Shown piece after piece: positions 10,284-19,315 of a stretch of DNA of 32,398 bases. Numbering within the stretch: position 1 is the first letter of the stretch; each line of letters starts with the position of its first letter. The translations under genes and the position numbers were made by a program. This DNA comes from Sphingomicrobium sp. GTDB lineage: Bacteria > Pseudomonadota > Alphaproteobacteria > Sphingomonadales > Sphingomonadaceae. The DNA is taken from NCBI GenBank assembly GCA_035758865.1, contig DASTVY010000236.1, forward strand, positions 1 through 32,398, given 5' to 3'. The notes under the pieces were generated by a model, which saw only the letters and a program-made list of their open reading frames with translations, searched no databases and had not been told where the DNA came from.

Positions 10284-10916
10284 TCAGAAAGTAAAGGCCC
10301 GCGGCCGTTCGAAACCAGGAAGCGCATCGACGTCGGAATCGGCAAGGCTGCGCCATCCGATCGCGCCGTTGGCGCAGGTTCCGACGCTAAGGCGCGCGAT
10401 GCCACGGTCGAAGATTGCGCCGGCGATGCGGCCGCCGGACGCGATCTGCTTTGCAAGTGCGGCGGGAATTTCCTCGACCGCGCCTTCCAGCAGGATGAAA
10501 TCATACGGGGCGCCCTTGCTCCAGCCGTCCTGGAGCGGGCCGGTGACGGTTTCGACGCCGGCCGCTTGGGCCTGCTCGGCGAGCGCCGGGTCGGATTCCA
10601 GCGCGACCACTTCGAGCCCGATTTCGCGAAGCACAGCGGCTGAATAGCCGGTGCCGGAGCCGACAACGAGCGCGCGTTCACCGGGCCGTGGCTCAGCCTC
10701 GGTCAGCAGGCGACCCAGCGCGGCCGGCGGCATCAGCGAGCGGCCATCTCCGAGCCGGATCGAACGGTCGAAATATGCCACCGCACGTGCCGCCTCGGGC
10801 ACGAAGCGTTCGCGCTCCACCTTGCCCATGGCGGCCAGCACGCCGCGGTCGGTAACGCCCTGGGGGCGGAGCTGGTTGTCGACCATCGTCCGGCGGGCCA
10901 GGCTGAAATCCTGCAT
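10284..10916 (-). CDS. pcm: Protein-L-isoaspartate O-methyltransferase family protein
   Basis: ARRTMVDNQLRP, SAM motif LVVGSGTGYSAA, APYDFILLEGAV; GAGGT SD upstream; pcm-tolC-popZ synteny. Confidence 0.88.
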   Translation of the reverse strand: MQDFSLARRTMVDNQLRPQGVTDRGVLAAMGKVERERFVPEAARAVAYFDRSIRLGDGRSLMPPAALGRLLTEAEPRPGERALVVGSGTGYSAAVLREIGLEVVALESDPALAEQAQAAGVETVTGPLQDGWSKGAPYDFILLEGAVEEIPAALAKQIASGGRIAGAIFDRGIARLSVGTCANGAIGWRSLADSDVDALPGFERPRAFTF

Positions 10917-11037
10917 CAATACCTCGTTCGTAACGAACTGTTATATGCCACTAATACAGTGGCGCTTCAAGTGGTCCTTATCCGCTGCGGCTTGGTCCGC
11001 CAAGGCAGCGCTTGCCCCCATTCGTCGAATCGTCCGG

Positions 11038-11066
11038 TTGACAAGCGACGGGGGTAACCGCCAAAG
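11038..11066 (+). promoter_or_regulatory. Putative promoter of tRNA-Cys
   Basis: Perfect TTGACA at 11038-11043, about 40 nt upstream of the tRNA; the -10 element is degenerate. Confidence 0.5.
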
Positions 11067-11079
11067 GCCTCACCCGCGG

Positions 11080-11153
11080 GGCCCGATGGCGGAGTGGTGA
11101 CGCAGCGGACTGCAAATCCGTGCACGCCGGTTCGATTCCGGCTCGGGCCTCCA
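11080..11153 (+). tRNA. tRNA-Cys (GCA)
   Basis: Acceptor stem GGCCCGA/TCGGGCC, discriminator T and encoded CCA; anticodon arm GCGGA-CTGCAAA-TCCGT; T-arm GCCGG-TTCGATT-CCGGC; 74 nt. Confidence 0.97.
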
Positions 11154-11277
11154 ACCTTCCTGATATTTTTGCGCGAAACCTGTCCGATTCCGGACATGGC
11201 TGTCCAGATGCGGACGGCAAGTTCGGTCAGTTCGATCTGCCAGCGGAGGCTTGTCGACAAGTACATGGCGATACTGT

Positions 11278-11294
11278 CGCAACTTCCATGCCAA
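11278..11294 (-). promoter_or_regulatory. Sigma-54 (-24/-12) promoter-like element
   Basis: Minus strand reads TTGGCATGGAAGTTGCG against the consensus YTGGCACGNNNNTTGCW, with exact GG-N10-GC spacing. Confidence 0.55.
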
Positions 11295-11319
11295 TTCACA
11301 CGATCCAGGCGAAACCATC

Positions 11320-12729
11320 TTACCGCGAAGCGGTCTCGGCCCCGGGCGGATAAAGCGAGTCCCCGCCCAGTGCGCGGTAGAGCTCGACCAGGTTGGTCGC
11401 GGCCTCGAGCCGCATCAGCACGAGGCTCTGCTGGGCCGAATAATAGGTCCGCTGCGCATCGAGCGTGGCGAGGAAATTATCGATGCCGGCGCGATAACGA
11501 GCATCGGCGAGCTGATAATTGTCGGCGGCTGACGCCTGCTGCGCCTGGCGGGCGCGCAGCTCGTCGCCGGCCGTACCCTGGCGGGCAAGCGCATCTCCCA
11601 CTTCGCGGAAGGCCGTCTGGATCGCCTTTTGGTAAATGGCGATGGCCGCATCGCGCTCTGCCACCGTACGGCGCACGTTCGCGCGGTTCGCGCCAGCGTT
11701 GAAAATGGAATAGCCGGCCGATGCCGAAGCGTTCCAGTTGAGCCCGCTGGAGAGCAGGCCGCCGAGCGAATTGCTGGCTAGCCCGAGCAGGCCGGTCAGG
11801 GAGATGTTGGGGAACATAGCCGCGCGGGCGGCGCCGATCTCTGCATTGGCGGCGAGAAGCCGATATTCCGCCTCCATCACATCCGGACGCCTTAACAGCA
11901 CTAGCGAACTGACACCCTCCGGAAGCGGGACCACCGTCGGCGCAGCCTGCTCGATCGAGACCGGAAGCAGCTTGGGATCGATCGGAGTGCCGACCAGCAG
12001 CTGCAGCAGGTTGACGTCCTGGGCCAGCGCCGTTCGCTGCTGTGCGACCAGGGCCTGGGCGGCAAAGAGGATCTGCTCGGCCTGGCGGAGGTCCGTACGC
12101 GGCGCGATGCCGCCTTCCAGCCGGGCACGGGTCAGCCTTACGCTTCGCTCGGCGCTGGTCGCCGTATCCTGGGCGATCTTCAACAAGCTCGCATCGGCGC
12201 CATAGGTCAGCCAGGCGTTGGCGATATCAGCGACCAGTGCGAGGCGCGTCGTGCGCCCGGCGGCCTCGGTCGCGAAATAGCGGTTGAGCTCGGCCTTGGT
12301 CAGCGAACGGATCCGGCCGAACAGGTCGACATCGAAGCTGGGCACTTGAAGCCCGGCTCGATATTCGAGGTCTGCACCGCTTTCGCCTGCGCCGGTCGCT
12401 TCCGTCCCCGTCACCGTCGCCCCGGCGTCGAGGTGGGGAAATAGGTCCGCGCGCTGGATCCGATACTGCTCGCGGGCAGCGGCGATGTTGCCGGCGGCGA
12501 CCATGAGGTCGCGGTTGTTGGCGAGGCCGAGCGAGATCAGCCCCTGCAGCCGGGGATCGCGGAAAATGTCCTGGTAGGTGACTGCAGGAAGTGCCGCTTC
12601 GCTCTGGCGAAGGTAGGCGTCGCCGACCGGCCAGGATTGCGGCACCGCGGGATCGGGGCGGACATAGTCCGGATCCATCGTCATGCAGCCGGCAAGGAGC
12701 ACGACTGCGAGCGGAGCAAGTTTCCTCAT
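11320..12729 (-). CDS. RND efflux outer membrane lipoprotein (OprM/NodT family)
   Basis: Lipobox LLAGC, NNRDL, LLRRPDV.EAE, IGAARAAMFPNISLTG, LYRALGG; ATGA overlap with the permease gene. Confidence 0.93.
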   Translation of the reverse strand: MRKLAPLAVVLLAGCMTMDPDYVRPDPAVPQSWPVGDAYLRQSEAALPAVTYQDIFRDPRLQGLISLGLANNRDLMVAAGNIAAAREQYRIQRADLFPHLDAGATVTGTEATGAGESGADLEYRAGLQVPSFDVDLFGRIRSLTKAELNRYFATEAAGRTTRLALVADIANAWLTYGADASLLKIAQDTATSAERSVRLTRARLEGGIAPRTDLRQAEQILFAAQALVAQQRTALAQDVNLLQLLVGTPIDPKLLPVSIEQAAPTVVPLPEGVSSLVLLRRPDVMEAEYRLLAANAEIGAARAAMFPNISLTGLLGLASNSLGGLLSSGLNWNASASAGYSIFNAGANRANVRRTVAERDAAIAIYQKAIQTAFREVGDALARQGTAGDELRARQAQQASAADNYQLADARYRAGIDNFLATLDAQRTYYSAQQSLVLMRLEAATNLVELYRALGGDSLYPPGAETASR

Positions 12730-15700
12730 GCCGCCGCCTCGCCGCGCTTTGCCCGCCGCTCGCGAAGGTAGGTCAGGCCATCGCGGACCCCGCGCCGAAC
12801 AAGCACGAAAAATAGCGGGATGTAGAAGATGGCGAGGATGGTCGCGGTCAGCATGCCGCCGATGACCGAAGTGCCGATGGCGATGCGGCTGTTGGCGCCG
12901 GCGCCGGTGGAGATTGCCAGCGGAAGCACGCCGAAGATGAAGGCGAAGCTTGTCATCAGGATCGGCCGCAGACGTATCCGCGCGGCTTCCAAGGCGGCCT
13001 CGATTACCCGCTTGCCCTGCCGTTCCATGCGCTCGGCGAACTCGACCATCAGGATAGCGTTCTTCGCCGCCAGGCCCATCGTCGTCAGAAGGCCGATCTG
13101 CAGGTAGACGTCGTTCTGGAGGCCACGCAGGGTGACGGCGAAGATCGCCCCGACCAGTCCCAACGGAATGATCAGGATCACCGCAAGCGGAACCGACCAG
13201 CTTTCGTAGAGGGCAGCGAGGCAGAGGAACACCACCAGCAGCGAAATCGCATAGAGCAAGGGCGCCTGGCCCGAAGACAGCCGTTCCTCATAGGACTGCC
13301 CCGACCAGGCCACGCCCACGCCGGGGATTTGCGAAGCCAGTTCCTCGATCCGGGTCATCGCATCGCCGCTGCTCTTGCCCGGCGCCGGCTGCCCCTGGAA
13401 CTCGTAGGATTGGACGCCCATGAACCGCGAAAGGCTGACCGGCGCAACCGACCATCCGGTCCGGGCAAAGGAGGAAAACGGCACCATCTCGCCACGGTCA
13501 TTCCTGACGGACCATTGGTCGATGTCTTCCGGCTTGGCGCGGAACGGCGCGTCACCCTGGACGTAGACCCGCTTCACCCGGCCGCGATCGATGAAGTCGT
13601 TGACGTAACGCCCGCCCCACGCGGCCGCGAGCGTGCTGTTAACGTCGGCGGTGCTGAGGCCGAGCACGGAGATGCGCTCCTGGTTCATGTCGACCTTCAG
13701 GGTCGATACGTCGGGGAGTTCGGAGAGGCGAACCTGCTGCAGCGACTGGTCAGTCTGTGCCAGCTCCAGCAGCTTGTCGCGCGCTTCTTCGAACTGGCGC
13801 TGCGGCATGCCGCTGGTGTTCTGCAGCTGCAGATTGAACCCGCCGGACTGACCCAGGCCGCGGATCGAGGGCGGGATCAGCGCAAACACCTGCGCATCGC
13901 GATAGTCGCCGAATGCGCCGCGTGCGCGCTGGACGATCGCGTCCGCGCTATTCTCCTTGCCGTGGCGATCTTTGAAGTCGGTCAGGTTGATGAACGACTG
14001 GCCGGCATTTTGTCCCGTGGCGCCCTGCCCGCCGCCGGCGACGATGAAATAGGTTTTGAAATTCTGCTTGTCCGGGCCGTCCTTCACATAATTTTCGACC
14101 GCCAGCTGCATTTCCTTGGTGCGCTCCAGCGTCGCACCTGCAGGAAGGCGGAACTGGATCTGCATCGCTCCCTGGTCCTCGCTCGGAAGGAACCCGGTCG
14201 GAAGCCGGACAAACATGACGGCGAGCAGGAGACAGACCAGCGCATAGCCGCCGAGAAACCGCCATTTGCGATCGACCACATAGGTGACCATGCCGACGTA
14301 CCAGTCGCGGAGCTGGTTAAAGCGGCTGTTAAATCCATTGCGTCCCCTCGAGAGCAAAGCGGCTGCTCGCGGGAACCGATGGCCCAGCGCAGTATCCTTC
14401 GGATCGACGTGGGTTCGCCGAAGGACCCCCGACGCGATCGCGGGACTCAAGGTCATGGCCACGAACACCGAAAGCACCATCGCCGACACGATGGTTGCTG
14501 AGAACTGACGGTAGATGACCCCGGTCGATCCACCGAAGAAGACCATCGGTAGGAATACCGCGGACAGGATGAGCGCGATGGCGACCAGCGCCATCTGGAT
14601 CTGGCTCATCGACATAATGGTAGCTTCGCGGGGCGTGAGATCCGGGTTTTCCTCCATGATGCGCTCGACGTTCTCGACCACGACGATGGCGTCGTCGACC
14701 AGCAGGCCGACAGCGAGCACCAGGCCGAACAGGGTCATGGTGTTGATCGAGAAATCGAGTGCATAGAGCACCGCGAAGGTACCCATCAGCACGACCGGAA
14801 TGGCGATCGCCGGGACCAAGGTAGCGCGCCAGCTTTGCAGGAAGACGAACATAACGATGATTACCAGGATCATCGCTTCGACCAGCGTCTTCACCACTTC
14901 CTCGATCGACAGCTTGATGAAGTCGGTCGTGTCGTAGGCGTAGGCGTATTTGTACCCGGCCGGGAAGCTCTGCGCCAATTGCTCGACCTTTACCTTGACC
15001 GTGTCCGCCGTCTCCAGGGCGTCCGCACCAGGCGCAAGGAAAATGGCGATGCCCGCGCCCGGCTTCCCGTTCAGTCGCCGGTCGGAATTGTAGTTTTCAG
15101 CGCCCAGCTCGACCCGCGCTACGTCAGCCAGCCGAACGCGCGCGCCACTGGATTCCGCCTTGACGATGATGTTTCGGAACTCTTCGGGGGTCTGGAACCG
15201 CGAGGATGCAGTGACCGTGGCGTTGAGCATTTGGCCGGGGAGCGCGGGCGTGCCGCCGACTTCGCCGGCGGCAACCTCGACATTCTGCGCGGAAATGGCG
15301 CTGATGATGTCACCGGGCATTAGCGAATAGGAGCGCAATTTGGCGGGATCGAGCCAGATGCGCATTGCGTATGGCGCCCCGAACACATTGACGTCGCCTA
15401 CGCCAGGCATCCGGGCAAGCGTGTCCTGCATATTGCTGGACAGGTAGTCGGACACGTCCATGTCGGTGGTTCGGCCGGATTCGTCATAGACGGCGATGAT
15501 CAGCAGGAAGTCGGTCGATGATTTGGTGACTCGGACGCCCTGCTGCTGGACTTGTTGCGGAAGACGAGAAACAGCCGACTGGACGGCGTTTTGCACCTGG
15601 ACCTGGGCAATGTCAGGGTCGGTCCCCTTTTCAAAGGTGACGTTGATCGTCGCCTGTCCGCGCGAGCTGGAAGATGACTGGAAATACAGGAGGCCGTCGA

Positions 15701-15914
15701 GGCCGGTCAGCTGCTGCTCCAGCACCTGGGTAACGCTGTCCTGGAGGGTCTGGGCGGAGGCGCCGGGATAGGAGGCGCGGACATTGACCTGGGGCGGTGC
15801 GACGTCTGGATATTGGGCGATTGGAAGCCGATTGATGGCGCCCAGGCCGAGCAACATGATCAGGATGGCGATCACCCATGCAAAAATCGGGCGATCGATG
15901 AAGATGCGTGACAT
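12726..15914 (-). CDS. RND efflux permease, AcrB/MexB (HAE1) family
   Basis: 1062 aa; MSRIFIDRPIFAWV, proton-relay GLLVDDAIVVVENVER, AKNAIL, RLRPILMTS. Confidence 0.96.
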   Translation of the reverse strand: MSRIFIDRPIFAWVIAILIMLLGLGAINRLPIAQYPDVAPPQVNVRASYPGASAQTLQDSVTQVLEQQLTGLDGLLYFQSSSSSRGQATINVTFEKGTDPDIAQVQVQNAVQSAVSRLPQQVQQQGVRVTKSSTDFLLIIAVYDESGRTTDMDVSDYLSSNMQDTLARMPGVGDVNVFGAPYAMRIWLDPAKLRSYSLMPGDIISAISAQNVEVAAGEVGGTPALPGQMLNATVTASSRFQTPEEFRNIIVKAESSGARVRLADVARVELGAENYNSDRRLNGKPGAGIAIFLAPGADALETADTVKVKVEQLAQSFPAGYKYAYAYDTTDFIKLSIEEVVKTLVEAMILVIIVMFVFLQSWRATLVPAIAIPVVLMGTFAVLYALDFSINTMTLFGLVLAVGLLVDDAIVVVENVERIMEENPDLTPREATIMSMSQIQMALVAIALILSAVFLPMVFFGGSTGVIYRQFSATIVSAMVLSVFVAMTLSPAIASGVLRRTHVDPKDTALGHRFPRAAALLSRGRNGFNSRFNQLRDWYVGMVTYVVDRKWRFLGGYALVCLLLAVMFVRLPTGFLPSEDQGAMQIQFRLPAGATLERTKEMQLAVENYVKDGPDKQNFKTYFIVAGGGQGATGQNAGQSFINLTDFKDRHGKENSADAIVQRARGAFGDYRDAQVFALIPPSIRGLGQSGGFNLQLQNTSGMPQRQFEEARDKLLELAQTDQSLQQVRLSELPDVSTLKVDMNQERISVLGLSTADVNSTLAAAWGGRYVNDFIDRGRVKRVYVQGDAPFRAKPEDIDQWSVRNDRGEMVPFSSFARTGWSVAPVSLSRFMGVQSYEFQGQPAPGKSSGDAMTRIEELASQIPGVGVAWSGQSYEERLSSGQAPLLYAISLLVVFLCLAALYESWSVPLAVILIIPLGLVGAIFAVTLRGLQNDVYLQIGLLTTMGLAAKNAILMVEFAERMERQGKRVIEAALEAARIRLRPILMTSFAFIFGVLPLAISTGAGANSRIAIGTSVIGGMLTATILAIFYIPLFFVLVRRGVRDGLTYLRERRAKRGEAAA

Positions 15915-15917
15915 GGG

Positions 15918-17087
15918 CTAGGAAGCGCGCCCGGCAGGCTTGGCGGGCCGGATCCGCTGCGGCGTGCTGGCCGGAACCGGCTTGATCTTCGCGCCTTCCC
16001 TCAAATTTCCGACGCCCTGCGTGATGACCTTCTCGCCGGCGGCGAGCCCTTGCGTAACGACCCAATTCGCGCCGTCGGTCCGTTCGGCGACCACGGTTCG
16101 AGCCACAGCGGTATTGCCGGGTCCGACCACCCACAGGGTCGCATTACCCTTCGGGTCGCGGGCGATTGCCTGCTGCGGCACCAGGAATGCAGTCGTGTTG
16201 ATCGCCTGCGCGAAATGCGCGGTGACGAACATTCCGGGCAGCAGGATCGACTGGGGATTGGGGAAACGGGCGCGGAGGGTCACCGACCCGACGTCGGCGT
16301 TGACCACCACCTCAGTGAACTGGATCGTGCCGGTATATCCGTAGTCGCTACCGTCCGGGAGTGTCAGGCGGACCTGCGCCATGGTCGGCACCGCTCCGTC
16401 CCGCGTCAGCGATTGGCGAAGCGCCAGCAGGTCGGGTGCCGACTGCTGGATATCGACATAGACCGGATCGAGCCGGGTGATAGTCGTCAGTGACTCCGCC
16501 TGGTTGGCGGTGACCAGCGCGCCTTCGGTGAAATTGGATAGGCCAATCCGTCCGCTGATCGGCGCCGGCACCCTTGTGTAGCGAAGGTTGATCTGGGCGG
16601 AACGAAGCGAGGCATTGTTCTGGGCGATTGCGGCATTGGCCTGGCGCGATTGAGCGAGCGCGTCGGTGTAGTCCTGCTTCGACACCGCCTCCATTTCCGC
16701 CAGCGGCTTATACCGCGCGGCCCGCGCCGCTGCCGCTTCGGCGCTTGCGCGAGCACTCTGCAGGTTGGCCGACGCCTGAGCGACCTGGGCCTGATAGATG
16801 CTCGGATCGATCTGATAGAGGGTCTGTCCCTGCCGGACGACGGAGCCTTCCGCGAACATGCGTCGAAGGATGACGCCCGAAACCTGCGGCCGCACTTCGG
16901 AAATCTGGAAGGCCGCGACGCGGCCGGGAAGCGATTGCTCGACCGGGACGCTGCTCGCCTGGACCGTCACGAAGCCGACCTGGACAGGTTGGCCGTTGGG
17001 GCCGCCCGCACGCTCCGCTTCGCCGCTGCCGCAGGCGGCGAGCAGGCCAAGCGCAGCGACCACTACTGAGCGGCCAAACGAACTCAT
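15918..17087 (-). CDS. RND efflux periplasmic adaptor (AcrA/MexA family) lipoprotein
   Basis: Start trimmed to ATG 17087; lipobox LLAAC, EVRPQVSGVI, APISGRIG, RARFPNP..LLPGMFV. Confidence 0.92.
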   Translation of the reverse strand: MSSFGRSVVVAALGLLAACGSGEAERAGGPNGQPVQVGFVTVQASSVPVEQSLPGRVAAFQISEVRPQVSGVILRRMFAEGSVVRQGQTLYQIDPSIYQAQVAQASANLQSARASAEAAAARAARYKPLAEMEAVSKQDYTDALAQSRQANAAIAQNNASLRSAQINLRYTRVPAPISGRIGLSNFTEGALVTANQAESLTTITRLDPVYVDIQQSAPDLLALRQSLTRDGAVPTMAQVRLTLPDGSDYGYTGTIQFTEVVVNADVGSVTLRARFPNPQSILLPGMFVTAHFAQAINTTAFLVPQQAIARDPKGNATLWVVGPGNTAVARTVVAERTDGANWVVTQGLAAGEKVITQGVGNLREGAKIKPVPASTPQRIRPAKPAGRAS

Positions 17088-17377
17088 CCGATTAGTGGCC
17101 ACGGTTGGCCTATAAGGGCCTGAGCGAGCAGATTTTCGCCTAACATTCCACACCCCTATGTCGCGACCGCGCCTGAGTCGGGATCAGGACCTCTAACGCC
17201 TCGATGCGCCATTTTCAGCCGTCCCGTGCAGCTCTTAGCGGAACCAGTATGACCGTTCGTCGAAGCTTTTGTTACAGAAAGCGGCAAATAGGTTGCATTG
17301 CAAGACTGAATTGCCGCGGTGCAACCGTTGGCCCGCCTCCATTGCGAAGGCCCGAAACTCGCCTTACGTCGACAAAT

Positions 17378-17809
17378 ATGAAGCGAATGTACCTAATTCC
17401 CGCGCTGGCCTTGCTCGCGGCCTGCGGCCAAGGGGGCGAGCCCGATATCGACGTCACCGATGCATGGGCTCGTCCGACACGCGGCGACGCGCCTGGTGCG
17501 GTCTACGTCACCATCGAAAACAAGGGTGGCAAGGACGATCGGTTGATCGGGGTCATGACCGACCATGCGGCGATGGCGATGGTCCACCAGACCGAAATTT
17601 CGAACGGGGTCGCCCGGATGCGCATGGCCAACGAGATCAATGTGCCGGCGGGCGACAGCATCAAGATGGTGCCGGGCGGGACTCACATCATGCTGGAGGG
17701 CCTCAGGACCCCGCTGCACACCGGCGACACATTCGAGCTCGTCCTGAAGTTCCGCTCAAGCGGAGACGAGAGCGTCACGGTGCGAGTGGCTGAGGCGGAC
17801 GAGCAATGA
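17378..17809 (+). CDS. Copper chaperone PCu(A)C family lipoprotein
   Basis: Start trimmed to ATG 17378; lipobox LLAAC, DAWAR, Cu motif H-x10-M...GGTHIML; ATGA overlap with the SCO gene. Confidence 0.9.
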   Translation: MKRMYLIPALALLAACGQGGEPDIDVTDAWARPTRGDAPGAVYVTIENKGGKDDRLIGVMTDHAAMAMVHQTEISNGVARMRMANEINVPAGDSIKMVPGGTHIMLEGLRTPLHTGDTFELVLKFRSSGDESVTVRVAEADEQ

Positions 17810-18408
17810 GCTTGTCGCGGTTGCGCCTAGCGCTGTGGGTGCTGTTAGGCCTGGTGGCCGCCGGAGTGATTGTCTTCCTCTGGCAGCAGTCGAAGCAGGA
17901 GCAGCCGACATTCACCCAGACGGGGATGGCTACAATCGGCGGACCCTTCACCCTGACCGCGTCGAACGGCAAGACATTTTCCAGCGCCGAGCTGAACGGC
18001 AAGCCGGCGGCGGTCTTCTTCGGATTCACCCACTGCCCCGACGTCTGCCCGGCCACGCTCGCACGACTTACCAAGCTGCGCCGCGAGCTGGGCAAGGGCG
18101 ATGACGCGCTGTCGATCGTCTTCATCAGCGTCGATCCCGAGCGCGACACACCGGCCGAGGTCGACACCTATTTGAAGCTCTATGACAGCCGGGTGATCGG
18201 CCTGACCGGCACCCCGGCGCAGATCGAGCAGGTCAAGAAGCAGTTCGGCATCTATTCGCGTAAGAGCCCACAACCGGGCGGCGGATACAGCGTCGATCAC
18301 ACTGCGACGGTCATCCTTCTGGACAAGAACGGCCAGTTCGCCGCAACCCTGTCGCCTGAGGAGGGCAATCAGGTCGCGCTCGACAAGCTTAAGCGGATCG
18401 CCGCTTAA
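17806..18408 (+). CDS. SCO1/SenC family copper chaperone
   Basis: N-terminal TM helix, FGFTHCPDVCP (CxxxC), ISVDPERDT, YSVDHT conserved His. Confidence 0.95.
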   Translation: MSLSRLRLALWVLLGLVAAGVIVFLWQQSKQEQPTFTQTGMATIGGPFTLTASNGKTFSSAELNGKPAAVFFGFTHCPDVCPATLARLTKLRRELGKGDDALSIVFISVDPERDTPAEVDTYLKLYDSRVIGLTGTPAQIEQVKKQFGIYSRKSPQPGGGYSVDHTATVILLDKNGQFAATLSPEEGNQVALDKLKRIAA

Positions 18409-19277
18409 ATTTCCTGAGCGGCCATCACCCGTTCGAGCAGCCGGTCCATCGCTCCCTGCGATTCCGGTTCCTCCAGGTTGGGCGTGTGGCCGACATCCGG
18501 AACCACGACCAGCTCGGCATCGCTTCCCAGCCGCTCGACCATCTGCTCCGCAATGTCCTGGGCAAGCAAGTCCGATCGCTCTCCGCGAAGGATCGTAACC
18601 GGACGCCCGGCGAGAGATTCAAAGAGGTGCCAGTTGGCGCCCTGCGGCCCTTCGGTCGCGGCCCGGAAATTCTCCGCGATACGCATGTCGTAGTTGAGGC
18701 CGATGCCGTCCGACGTTTCATGCAGGATCCGACGGGTGTAGCGCTCCCACTGGTCACGCTTCCACTTCGGGAAGACTTCGCGGTTGCGCTCAGAAAGAGC
18801 GTCGATCGCCTGATCCCAGCTGTCGAACCGCACTTCCCGTCCAACATAGCCGCCGATGCGGTCGATCCCCGCCTGGTCGATGACCGGGCCGATGTCGTTG
18901 AGCATCGCGCCCGCAATCCGGTCGGCATCGGTCGAGGCGAGAAGCATGGTGCAGATCCCGCCCAGCGACGTGCCCATGAACACCGCGTCGGCGATGCCCT
19001 CCTGATCGAGCAGCTTCAACAGGTCGGCGACGTAATAATGCGGCGCGTAGTGGCTGGGATCGGGATCGAAATCGCTCATGCCGCGCCCGCGCAGCTCAAC
19101 AATGATTACCCGCCAGTCGCCGGCATAACGGTCCGCAACCGGCTCGAAATCCCTGGCATTGCGCGTCAGGCCCGGAATGCACAGGATCGGCGGCTTGTCC
19201 CGGGGACCTTCATAGTTGCGATAGTGGAGGCGGAGACCTTCCGCGCTGTACCAGAAACGGTCGGTCCAACTCGCCAT
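18405..19277 (-). CDS. Alpha/beta fold hydrolase
   Basis: PGLTRNARDF, RGRGMSD, nucleophile GTSLGG, LRGERSDLL, VGHTP. Confidence 0.9.
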   Translation of the reverse strand: MASWTDRFWYSAEGLRLHYRNYEGPRDKPPILCIPGLTRNARDFEPVADRYAGDWRVIIVELRGRGMSDFDPDPSHYAPHYYVADLLKLLDQEGIADAVFMGTSLGGICTMLLASTDADRIAGAMLNDIGPVIDQAGIDRIGGYVGREVRFDSWDQAIDALSERNREVFPKWKRDQWERYTRRILHETSDGIGLNYDMRIAENFRAATEGPQGANWHLFESLAGRPVTILRGERSDLLAQDIAEQMVERLGSDAELVVVPDVGHTPNLEEPESQGAMDRLLERVMAAQEI

Positions 19278-19315
19278 TACTTCCCCCGGATGCGGACTCC
19301 CCCTATCGCGGGCCG

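Noticed and set aside
10262-10681. N-terminal extension of the TolC ORF in the track (likewise hemB to 2722, the adaptor to 17153, PCuAC from 17204, OCD from 24218, patatin from 27604)
   Set aside because: The extensions overlap neighbouring genes or promoter regions; signal peptides, SDs or family N-termini point to the downstream starts.
11080-11153. tRNA-Cys as the attachment site of an integrated element
   Set aside because: No integrase in the window, and I did not spot a duplicated tRNA 3' end by eye.
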